Source: Flavobacteriaceae bacterium (GTDB lineage Bacteria > Bacteroidota > Bacteroidia > Flavobacteriales > Flavobacteriaceae). Taken from it: DNA of 32,000 nucleotides. The stretch covers positions 1,590,001 through 1,622,000 of the forward strand of contig OZ245049.1 in assembly GCA_965224465.1 (NCBI GenBank). The letters run 5' to 3'. Below, piece after piece: positions 1 through 8,361 of the stretch. How positions within the stretch are numbered: position 1 is the first letter of the stretch; the number at the start of each line of letters is the position of its first letter. Position numbers and translations under genes: made by a program. The notes beneath the pieces were generated by a model. The model made no database searches. It saw nothing but the letters and a program-made list of their open reading frames with translations, and was not told the origin of the DNA.

Positions 1-126
1 AATAATGCTATCGTTTTAATTGGTTCGCTCATTTGATTTATTTTACAGTTCAAAATTAGGCTATATGGGTGCTTTAACCTATTTAAAATTAACAATAATA
101 CTAAAACGTTTTCGTCTAAGAAATAT

Positions 127-158
127 AAAAAAAAGAAGTCTGAAAACTTCTTTTTTTT
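127..158. terminator. Bidirectional rho-independent terminator-like hairpin
   Basis: AAAAGAAGT (131-139) pairs with ACTTCTTTT (146-154) around a 6-nt loop. It is flanked by an A-run on the left and a T-run on the right, and lies downstream of the minus-strand GH13 gene that ends at 280. Confidence 0.5.
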
Positions 159-279
159 ATACATAATACATTTATTATCAATAAAATACAATAACAACCA
201 TTCTTTTTTAAAAACCTAATAAAAACGAAGTTTCATATCCTTTTTCAGCCATATCAACAGTGATTTTTATCAGGTATAA

Positions 280-2142
280 TTACATCTTTAAAATAAAAGA
301 CTGCAATGGTTTTAGGCTTATATTAACATGCCCTTCCCCTTTTTTTACTTTTAACGATGTACTGTATTTTTTAAACAACACATCAGACAATAGATACGTT
401 TTATTTCTTAAACTCCATGCTGTAATCACCGTATTTGGTATTTTTAAATCAAAAGAATACGTATTCTCTTGGTCAAAATTAGTCACAATCACTAATCTTT
501 CAGATTCTGAATACCTTACAAAAGAAAATAAACGGGAATCATAACCTTTTGTATGCGCTCTATTATAGGTATGAATATCTTGATATTCTCCCATCAAAGC
601 ACTACTGTGAAGGGTAAAATTCAACAATCGTTTATAAAAATCACGTAAATCTCTTTCTCGCTTATTCAATAAGCCTCCATCAAACTTTTTATGATTCATC
701 CAACGTTGATGACTTGGCACTCCAATATAATCAAAAATCGAAGTACGTGTAGGATTTCCAAACCCTGGTTCTTCAACTGCTGGTTCTCCTACCTCTTGCC
801 CAAAATAAATCATTGTAGGTGACGTACTAATAGTAGTAGAAACCACCATGGCTGGTTTTCCGTTTTCCGCTATGACTGCAAAATCTGGACTCGCCAACCG
901 CTGCTCATCATGATTTTCTAAAAAATGAAGCATCTGATGCTCTATATCTTTTAAATCTTCCATAATCGCAGGAATATGATCTGTTAAACCTTGCCCTTTT
1001 ACGATGTGTTTTATTGTATCATACAAAGCAACTTTATCGTATAAATAATCCATTTTCCCCAGTCGAATATAATCACGATACAAGGCTGGATTATACACCT
1101 CAGCTAATAAAAAAGTGTTTGGATTCTTTGTTTTAATGGCTGAATTCAAATAACTCCAAAATGAAACTGGCACCATTTCCGCCATATCATACCGAAAACC
1201 ATCTACCCCTTTATCTAACCAATACAAGGTAATATCTTTAAATTTACTCCAAGAATTTGGCACAATCTTCCCCTTCCAAAAAGCTGCGTGTTCTTGATAA
1301 CTTTTGCTAGCATATTCCTTTGGCAACTGCACAAAGTCCTTTGTTCCCTCTGGCTTAATTCCGTAATTTATCTTCACTGTTTCATACCAGTCATAAAAAT
1401 CAGGTTGCGCCAATCTAGATCCGTTTCCTGTCCATTTTGCTGGTTTCTCTTCAAATTTCCGATCAGAACTGGGATGTTTTTCTCCTCCCAAAGGCTTATA
1501 ATTATCCTTCCAAACAGGCACTTTAAAATCTTTATTAGGGATATAATAAAAATTGTTATTTACAGCATATTCTTTGGACACATCATCCTTATCTCCAAAA
1601 TCCGACACTCCTTTTGGATTTGTCAATCCTTTATATGCTCTCGCAATATGATTTGGAACAATATCAATAATCACTTTTAATCCTGCTTTGTGAGACCTCG
1701 CAATCAAAGCTTCAAACGCTTCCAAACGCTTTGATGGATCCACAGCTAAATCTGGATTTACATTGTAATAATCCTTCACGGCATACGGAGACCCCGCTCT
1801 TCCTTTTACCACATCTGCATCATCCGTTTCTATACCGTAGGCTGTATAATCCGTAAGCATTGCATGGTGTAATACTCCCGTATACCAAATATGAGTAGTT
1901 CCCAATTCTTTAATTTCCTGCAAGGCTTTGTCTGAAAAATCTTCGAATTTCCCTACACCGTTTTCTTCGATAGTTCCCCAAGGCTTGTTGGTTGTGTTTT
2001 CATTTCCAAACAGACGTGTAAACACCTGATACACTACTTTTTTTCCTTCCTTGAACTCCTTGACAGGAACCTCTTTGTGTGGCTCCGAGCTACAGCCAAT
2101 AAAAGCCATTAGTACAACTAAACCTACTAAAATTTTATGCAT
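280..2142 (-). CDS. GH13 alpha-amylase-family lipoprotein
   Basis: 620-aa ORF. N-terminal lipoprotein-type signal (LVVLMAFIGC then SS). All four GH13 conserved regions are readable: DIVPNH, GFRYDMAEM, LLAEVY, FLENHDEQR. Last gene of a co-directional glycosidase block. Confidence 0.85.
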   Translation of the reverse strand: MHKILVGLVVLMAFIGCSSEPHKEVPVKEFKEGKKVVYQVFTRLFGNENTTNKPWGTIEENGVGKFEDFSDKALQEIKELGTTHIWYTGVLHHAMLTDYTAYGIETDDADVVKGRAGSPYAVKDYYNVNPDLAVDPSKRLEAFEALIARSHKAGLKVIIDIVPNHIARAYKGLTNPKGVSDFGDKDDVSKEYAVNNNFYYIPNKDFKVPVWKDNYKPLGGEKHPSSDRKFEEKPAKWTGNGSRLAQPDFYDWYETVKINYGIKPEGTKDFVQLPKEYASKSYQEHAAFWKGKIVPNSWSKFKDITLYWLDKGVDGFRYDMAEMVPVSFWSYLNSAIKTKNPNTFLLAEVYNPALYRDYIRLGKMDYLYDKVALYDTIKHIVKGQGLTDHIPAIMEDLKDIEHQMLHFLENHDEQRLASPDFAVIAENGKPAMVVSTTISTSPTMIYFGQEVGEPAVEEPGFGNPTRTSIFDYIGVPSHQRWMNHKKFDGGLLNKRERDLRDFYKRLLNFTLHSSALMGEYQDIHTYNRAHTKGYDSRLFSFVRYSESERLVIVTNFDQENTYSFDLKIPNTVITAWSLRNKTYLLSDVLFKKYSTSLKVKKGEGHVNISLKPLQSFILKM

Positions 2143-2227
2143 ATCTTCTTGATTTTAATCCTGCTAATGTCAAATCTTCCACCAGCTACTATTTCTGTTT
2201 TTTGAATTATTTTATTCCCTATAATAC

Positions 2228-3949
2228 TTAAGTCAGTTTCAAAACTCCTGTTAAAACCAACATACCCACAGGATGAGAAACAACTATTATTGACGCTTTT
2301 TTTTCTAATAAAACAAGCGTAAAGGCACTCTCTACAGACACTTTCCCATTTTTAACTATTACTTCTTGGTTTGAATAGGCATCTTGCAATACAGCTCCTT
2401 CTTTAAAAATACTCCCTACAGAAATCTCCTTTTTACCTGTTGAAACATCCAAGGCAACTACAATTTTATCATCATTTAAAACACGACTAAACGTATAATT
2501 TTTAGCCTTTATTTGTTGATGTTCTCCTGCGCCAATAGCGGGATGTTTTTTTCTGAATCGCCCTAGTATTTGCCAATGTCTAAGCATTTTCTGAGTCGCT
2601 TTATCCGATATAATAGCGTCCCAATTCATCTTGGATCTCAAATTAGCATCCCCTATAGCTCCTTCCACTTTTAGAGGTCGATTGGACTCATCTCCATAGT
2701 AAATCTGTGCCATACCAGGAGACAATAATAATTTAATAGCGGATTCAAAACCATTGGTTCTTTCGGGATCAAAGGGAGTTCCATCATCATGAGAATTCAA
2801 ATAATTTAATACAGAAACGCCTTTTAATTCTCCATTTAAAATAGATGCGTATTTTGAGAACAATGCTTCGTAAGAATCCTTGGCATTGTATTTAAATTCA
2901 AAATTGATCATACTATCAAAACCAACATCGTAATAATTCACTTTTTTATCACCAAAATCAAAAGCAGTGGCTTGACTGATGTTAAAATTATACACTTCAC
3001 CTAATAGATAAAAGCCATCTTTACTAATTACTTTTGAAGGATTGGCTATTTTCCATAAGTTAAAAGAAGCCTCACATTCCGTTTTAAAATCTGCCCACAC
3101 CGTTTCTGACAGGTGTTTTACCGTATCGGCTCTATATCCATCAATTCCAAACTCACGAATATAATCCGTCAACCATTTGATGATATAATACCTCGGAGCA
3201 CGCGGGTAGCCCGTTCTCTTAAAAAAGACATCCAGTTCTGCAATTTCTTGGTCATAACGTCCTTCTTTTTTCCATTTTTTCACCAAGTGTTCTGGTAATT
3301 CAACCAGGGCATCAGACTCCGTAAGCACATCAGGCAAGTTTTTCACCAAGGTACACGCTGTGGTTGTTTTATAGGTTTTATAATCACATTGCGGAGAAGT
3401 ACGTACCCAATCGCTCGGCCAAACAGGATCCTTTTCTGTGACCGGCCCTGTATGATTGATAACTCCATCCAACATCATTCTAATTCCTTGTGCATGTGCT
3501 TTTTCTATCAATTCACTCAAATCAGCCGATGTCCCAAAACTAGCATCCAATTGGGTCCAATCTTTCGCCCAATAACCATGGTAGCCATAAGTATTGCCTG
3601 TCCCTTCATCTACAGAACCGTGAATTTGCTCCACTATTGGGGTAAACCAAATAACATCCACTCCTAAATCAGTGAAATATCCCGCGTCTAATTTTTGAAT
3701 GATTCCTTTTATATCTCCTCCTTCAAAACCACGTAACGTTCCTGTTTCCGCTGTTCTATCATAGACATTATCATTAGAAACATCCCCATTATTAAATCTA
3801 TCTGTCACTAAAAAATAAACGGTAGATGCATGCCAATTAAAATCTGTTTTCTTTGTTTCATTTATAAGTTGCGCCTCTTTTTTAGCACAAGAACAGCTTA
3901 TACAAAAAACAGAAACAGTCAATACTAATAGTTGTTTTAAATTCATCAT
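2228..3949 (-). CDS. GH13 alpha-amylase (secreted/periplasmic type)
   Basis: 573-aa ORF with an N-terminal signal peptide. GH13 regions DGVINHTG, GYRADTVKH, LLGEVYN, YLNSHDD. Its start lies 1 nt after the upstream GH31 stop, which suggests co-transcription. Confidence 0.85.
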   Translation of the reverse strand: MMNLKQLLVLTVSVFCISCSCAKKEAQLINETKKTDFNWHASTVYFLVTDRFNNGDVSNDNVYDRTAETGTLRGFEGGDIKGIIQKLDAGYFTDLGVDVIWFTPIVEQIHGSVDEGTGNTYGYHGYWAKDWTQLDASFGTSADLSELIEKAHAQGIRMMLDGVINHTGPVTEKDPVWPSDWVRTSPQCDYKTYKTTTACTLVKNLPDVLTESDALVELPEHLVKKWKKEGRYDQEIAELDVFFKRTGYPRAPRYYIIKWLTDYIREFGIDGYRADTVKHLSETVWADFKTECEASFNLWKIANPSKVISKDGFYLLGEVYNFNISQATAFDFGDKKVNYYDVGFDSMINFEFKYNAKDSYEALFSKYASILNGELKGVSVLNYLNSHDDGTPFDPERTNGFESAIKLLLSPGMAQIYYGDESNRPLKVEGAIGDANLRSKMNWDAIISDKATQKMLRHWQILGRFRKKHPAIGAGEHQQIKAKNYTFSRVLNDDKIVVALDVSTGKKEISVGSIFKEGAVLQDAYSNQEVIVKNGKVSVESAFTLVLLEKKASIIVVSHPVGMLVLTGVLKLT

Positions 3950-3950
3950 C

Positions 3951-6323
3951 TTATAATATTATACGCACCTTTTTAGGGCTATTGGTAAATGAAACGTGTA
4001 TGTTTAATTGATTCCTTACACTGTCATAAGTATAGGTATATCCTTTAATTTTTCTCGGTGCTTTTTTAATGTTATGGACAATTAAAGAAATTTCTTTAGG
4101 TGTTTCTTTAAATATTCCCCCTATCTGAGCAGCTATATGTATGGTCAAACACTTAGCCCTTACGCTAGCCGTAAATTTCAACAACTCATAGCTGCCTTTT
4201 TTAAAAGAATCGGGCGTATTCCCATCATCGTTATACAATTGCCCCTTACTTTTTTTAACACTAGCATCGTAATAAAAATGAAGTTTAAAAGCATCTAAAC
4301 TATAAACATCTGTTGTCTGAATAATTGCAATCATCGGAATAAAAGCACCTCCACGCACATAGGTTGGAATGCTATTTTCTTTCACTTTCACTGTAGTTCT
4401 GCTTCCTCCATCAAACTTCTTATCCGAATAAAAATCAAACCAATCACTCCCTTTTGGAAAATAAATTTCTTTGGTTTTTACACCAGGACTTACAATCGGA
4501 CTCACTAAAAATTCGTGTCCCCATAAGTAGGTATTTGCAATTTCAAAAACCTCCTTAGTTGCATTTTTCTCAAAGAATAAAGGCCGCATTAAAGGCAATC
4601 CTGTGATTGAATTTTCAAATGCCAAGGTGTAATTATAAGGCAATAACTGGTACCGCAACTCAATAGATTTTTTTGCCAATGCTTTTGTTTTAGCATCCCA
4701 AAACACCGGCTCTGAAGGCACGTCTTCTTGTGCATGTGGACGGTAAATGGGTTGAAAAACTCCGTATTGCAACCAACGCGTGTACAATTCAGGATCTTTT
4801 GTGTCTCCAGCAAACCCACCCAAATCCGAGTGCATGTAACCAATGCCTTGCAGCCCCATTTGCAAGGAAATTTCTGCTTGTGGTTTTAGGCCACCCCAGG
4901 TTCTGTTAACATCGCCACTCCAAGGAATCAACCCATAGCGTTGCGAACCAGCATAGCCTGCACGCATTAAAATAAATGGACGTTCATTTGGAAAGTATTC
5001 CTTATAACCATCACTAATTAATTGAGCCCATTGATGCCCATAAATATTGTGCACCTCATCGGCAGACCCAATGAAATGTTGCAATTCGCTTGGATGTACT
5101 TCTGGCTCTCCAAGATCTCCCCACCATCCTTTCACTCCATAATCGGCATATTTTTTATAGACCTTCCAAAACCAGGCTTTTCCTGCTGATTTAAACACAT
5201 CTATCAATCCCGTATTTCCAAAGTAGAAATCGTATGTAAACGGTTTCCCTTCTTCGGTAGTTCCTAGCACCTTATTGTCTACAGCATCTTGCCAGCTCTT
5301 AGAAGTAGTCAACACAAAAGGCTCGGTAATCAAGACTGTTTTCACCCCTTGTCGCTTTAAATCTGCAATCATTTTTTTAGGATTCGGAAAGGAATCTTTT
5401 AAAAACTCAAAGTTCCCCATAGTCCCTTTCATATCTTTCCCAAACCAATACAAATCTAAAATAACCGCATCTACAGGGATTTTCTCCTTTTTAAAAGCGT
5501 CAATTGTCGCCAAGGTTTCTTTCTGAGAATGATAGCCAAATCTACTAGAAAAATTCCCAAAAGCCCAACGTGGAGGCATCGGTTGTTTCCCTGTTAAATC
5601 CGTATAATTATCAATTAATTCTCCCCAAGTATCTCCTACTATTACATGGTATGTCTTACGACCACCAATAGTTTCGTAGGTTAAATTATTGTTTTTTTGA
5701 CTGTCTAAATCCAAATAACCAATAGCTGGATTGTCAAAATGTAGCATGTATTTTTTTGAAGAGACAACAATAGGCATGGTAAAATTCATCAATTCAGAAT
5801 GTGTTTCGTAGCCGTAATGCGCCTTGTTATACAATTCCAAACGATGCCCTCTTCGGTTCATTCCTAGCACACGAGCTCCTGCTCCGTAGAGTACCTCATC
5901 CTTGGTCAATTTAAAATTTAGTAATTCATGAGTCTCATTTTTTGAATAGCCTATATTCTCAGCAATCACTAGTTCCTTCTTATATAGGTACCTAATTTGG
6001 AAAGGTATTTTGGTGATTTGCACTTCCAATCCTTTGGTGATTAAACGCACAACCGTTTTAGACTCTTTTACCTTAAACTTAGCTGTTGGTCTTAAGACCA
6101 CAGCATGGCTTGCTTTTGCAGGCAAATCTCCATTAGGTGAAAAAGTAGTTTCTATAATCTGACGAGAATAAGGAGTAATCTCATAATGTCCATCATTTGT
6201 GTAGACAAACAGCGTCCCTGATTCTTTTTCAATACGCTCAAAAATTCGATCAGAATTTTGAGCCTGAGTCCATATACTTAGGAAACAACATACAACAGTT
6301 TGTAAAATAATCTTTCTCATCAT
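3951..6323 (-). CDS. GH31 alpha-glucosidase
   Basis: 790-aa ORF with a signal peptide. GH31-like catalytic region motifs KGWWGDLGEPE and GLIPWSGDV. The start codon overlaps the stop of the upstream GH13 gene by 1 nt (TAATG on the minus strand at 6321-6325). Confidence 0.85.
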   Translation of the reverse strand: MMRKIILQTVVCCFLSIWTQAQNSDRIFERIEKESGTLFVYTNDGHYEITPYSRQIIETTFSPNGDLPAKASHAVVLRPTAKFKVKESKTVVRLITKGLEVQITKIPFQIRYLYKKELVIAENIGYSKNETHELLNFKLTKDEVLYGAGARVLGMNRRGHRLELYNKAHYGYETHSELMNFTMPIVVSSKKYMLHFDNPAIGYLDLDSQKNNNLTYETIGGRKTYHVIVGDTWGELIDNYTDLTGKQPMPPRWAFGNFSSRFGYHSQKETLATIDAFKKEKIPVDAVILDLYWFGKDMKGTMGNFEFLKDSFPNPKKMIADLKRQGVKTVLITEPFVLTTSKSWQDAVDNKVLGTTEEGKPFTYDFYFGNTGLIDVFKSAGKAWFWKVYKKYADYGVKGWWGDLGEPEVHPSELQHFIGSADEVHNIYGHQWAQLISDGYKEYFPNERPFILMRAGYAGSQRYGLIPWSGDVNRTWGGLKPQAEISLQMGLQGIGYMHSDLGGFAGDTKDPELYTRWLQYGVFQPIYRPHAQEDVPSEPVFWDAKTKALAKKSIELRYQLLPYNYTLAFENSITGLPLMRPLFFEKNATKEVFEIANTYLWGHEFLVSPIVSPGVKTKEIYFPKGSDWFDFYSDKKFDGGSRTTVKVKENSIPTYVRGGAFIPMIAIIQTTDVYSLDAFKLHFYYDASVKKSKGQLYNDDGNTPDSFKKGSYELLKFTASVRAKCLTIHIAAQIGGIFKETPKEISLIVHNIKKAPRKIKGYTYTYDSVRNQLNIHVSFTNSPKKVRIIL

Positions 6324-8179
6324 TATAATTTAGTAGTAAACATGTAAAATCCTCTTGTATTTAATTCCAAGACTTCATCCCAAATAAATGTAGCTTCTGT
6401 CACTACATTTTTCATTTTTTTAGTAGTCAATCCCAATTCCTCAAATCGCTTTAAATCCAACGAAAAAGACATTGTATTTTTATTCAAAATAATCACTACT
6501 GTTTCATCATTCAACATTCTAGCAAGTACATATACGTTTTTACTAGGAGAAAAATGAATGGTTTTTCCTGTATGGATTGCTTCACTCATTTTCCTGTAAT
6601 GTAATACTCTTTTCATGAATAATTGCATGTCTAATTGCGCAGCGTTCATTCCTTTACCCGTAAATGCATTTACGGTATCGCCTTCCCAACCACCAGGGAA
6701 ATCAGTTCTAATTAAACCATGATCATCTGGTTTTTCTGTATTTTCCATTAAAATTTCTGTTCCGTAATATACTTGCGGAATTCTTGGCAATGTTAACATA
6801 TACCCCAAGGCCATCTTGTTATTTGGAATGTCTTCTTTTAACTGCGTAAACACACGCCCCATATCATGATTATCAGGGAAAATCATTATTTTACTAGGCT
6901 TGGCATAACTAAAATCATTCGCCAATCCTTCATATAATTTCACCAAACCAGTCCCCCAAGTTTCGTCTTCATTTAAGCCATCAATCACTATTTTTTGCAT
7001 CGGAAAATCCATGGTAGATGTTAAATAAGATTCGTAACCATCCTTATTATTTGCTCCTTGTTGCCAATACCCAACCAATAAAGGATTGGTGCTCCACTCC
7101 TCTCCTACAATACTGAATGCAGGATATTCTATCATAATTGCTTTTGCCCAATCTGACATGAAATTCTTATCTGAGTACGGATAGGTATCTTGTCTAATTC
7201 CTCCTAAACGAAGTGTTTCTACCCACCAAATACTATTTTGAATTAAATAGGTGGCTAGTAATGGGTTTTTCTGATTCAAATCTGGCATCGTATCCACAAA
7301 CCATCCTTCGGTAAATAAGGCTTTGTCTTTAGTAGACACGTACAAATCTTGAACTGTAGTTCGTTTGTGATTGGTAATTACGGTTTCTCCTTTTAAAAAT
7401 TCTTGCTGATAATTTACCCAATCCACATCTGGCAAATCTTTCATCCACCAATGTTCTATCCCAATGTGATTGGCTACTTGATCCATGATCAATTTCATTC
7501 CTTTATCAGCTATTTTTTTTGAAAAAGCAACATATTCCTCTAAGGTCCCAAATCTAGGATCTACTTCGTAAAAATCTGTCATCGCGTACCCGTGATAGGA
7601 ACTTTCCTTCATATCATTGGTTAATAAAGGAGAAGGCCAAATAGCGGTAAATCCCATATCATAAATATAATCCAACTTATTTGACATCCCAGCGATATCA
7701 CCTCCATGACGTGCGTAATCATTGGATCTATCTATCTTTTTCTCTCTCAATGTAGCAACAACATCATTCTTTGAATTTCCATTTACAAACCTATCTGGTG
7801 TAATTAGATAAATAACATCACTACTGTCAAAACCAATGTGCTTCTGCGTTAAATCACGTGCTTTAAGTTGGTACGTATAGTTAAATTCCTTGCTTCCTTT
7901 TTTCTTGAATTTAATATCAAAACTCCCTGCTTTCGCATTTTTTAAGTCGATTTTCAAAAATAAGTAGTTGGTGTTTTTAGTCCTGGTAATTCCAGTAACA
8001 ATAATTTTTTTTGATTTGATTGATGGTGTGAACGATGCAATATCATCACCATAAATCATCAATTCTAATTCGGTATTTTCCATACCCACCCACCAAATTG
8101 GCGGCTCCACTTTTTGGATTTGTTGTGCACTCAATTGAGTCACCATAAGAAATACTAGGCAATATAGGAACTGTTTCAT
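6323..8179 (-). CDS. GH13 cyclomaltodextrinase/neopullulanase-like enzyme (SusA-like)
   Basis: 618-aa ORF with a signal peptide. N-terminal cyclomaltodextrinase-type domain (VEPPIWWVGM...LMIYGDDI). GH13 regions MDQVANH, GGIRQDT, IVGEEW, FPDNHDM. Confidence 0.85.
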   Translation of the reverse strand: MKQFLYCLVFLMVTQLSAQQIQKVEPPIWWVGMENTELELMIYGDDIASFTPSIKSKKIIVTGITRTKNTNYLFLKIDLKNAKAGSFDIKFKKKGSKEFNYTYQLKARDLTQKHIGFDSSDVIYLITPDRFVNGNSKNDVVATLREKKIDRSNDYARHGGDIAGMSNKLDYIYDMGFTAIWPSPLLTNDMKESSYHGYAMTDFYEVDPRFGTLEEYVAFSKKIADKGMKLIMDQVANHIGIEHWWMKDLPDVDWVNYQQEFLKGETVITNHKRTTVQDLYVSTKDKALFTEGWFVDTMPDLNQKNPLLATYLIQNSIWWVETLRLGGIRQDTYPYSDKNFMSDWAKAIMIEYPAFSIVGEEWSTNPLLVGYWQQGANNKDGYESYLTSTMDFPMQKIVIDGLNEDETWGTGLVKLYEGLANDFSYAKPSKIMIFPDNHDMGRVFTQLKEDIPNNKMALGYMLTLPRIPQVYYGTEILMENTEKPDDHGLIRTDFPGGWEGDTVNAFTGKGMNAAQLDMQLFMKRVLHYRKMSEAIHTGKTIHFSPSKNVYVLARMLNDETVVIILNKNTMSFSLDLKRFEELGLTTKKMKNVVTEATFIWDEVLELNTRGFYMFTTKL

Positions 8180-8287
8180 ACTAAAGCTATTTAAAGTTCT
8201 AAGATGATGCTAAAAAAACAGACTGTTTAAACGCATAATCCTAAAAATGGGGTTATTATTAAACGTATAATTGCTTAAAAAAGCAGT

Positions 8288-8344
8288 AAAAAAAAAAACA
8301 TTTCATGTTTCCGATTTAATTGAATAAATCAGATACATGAAATG
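8288..8344 (-). terminator. Strong rho-independent terminator after the MFS-pgmB-GH65 unit
   Basis: CATTTCATGT (8299-8308) pairs with ACATGAAATG (8335-8344). An inner stem extends it (TCCGATTTA with TAAATCAGA, 8 of 9). On the minus strand an 11-nt U-run follows (A-run 8288-8298). It lies 18 nt past the GH65 stop. Confidence 0.75.
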
Positions 8345-8361
8345 CTATAAAAAATATAAAA

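Noticed and set aside
1-32. Possible start of a minus-strand gene (ATG at 32-30, reading MSEPIKTIAL... out of the window)
   Set aside because: Only 10 codons are visible, so it cannot be distinguished from chance. It is consistent with the bidirectional terminator at 127-158 separating it from the GH13 gene, but it is not supportable as a feature.
260-544. 94-aa plus-strand ORF overlapping the 3' end of the GH13 gene
   Set aside because: Antisense to a well-supported GH13 gene. The sequence is low-complexity and F/I/N-rich, as expected from AT-rich antisense frames, and no motif is recognisable.
1288-1680. 130-aa plus-strand ORF inside the GH13 gene
   Set aside because: Entirely antisense to conserved GH13 coding sequence. 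The I/F/L-rich composition reflects codon complementarity. The same reasoning applies to 3113-3298, 3389-3667, 4589-4843, 5275-5526, 8901-9086, 9235-9447, 9674-10020 and 10124-10417.
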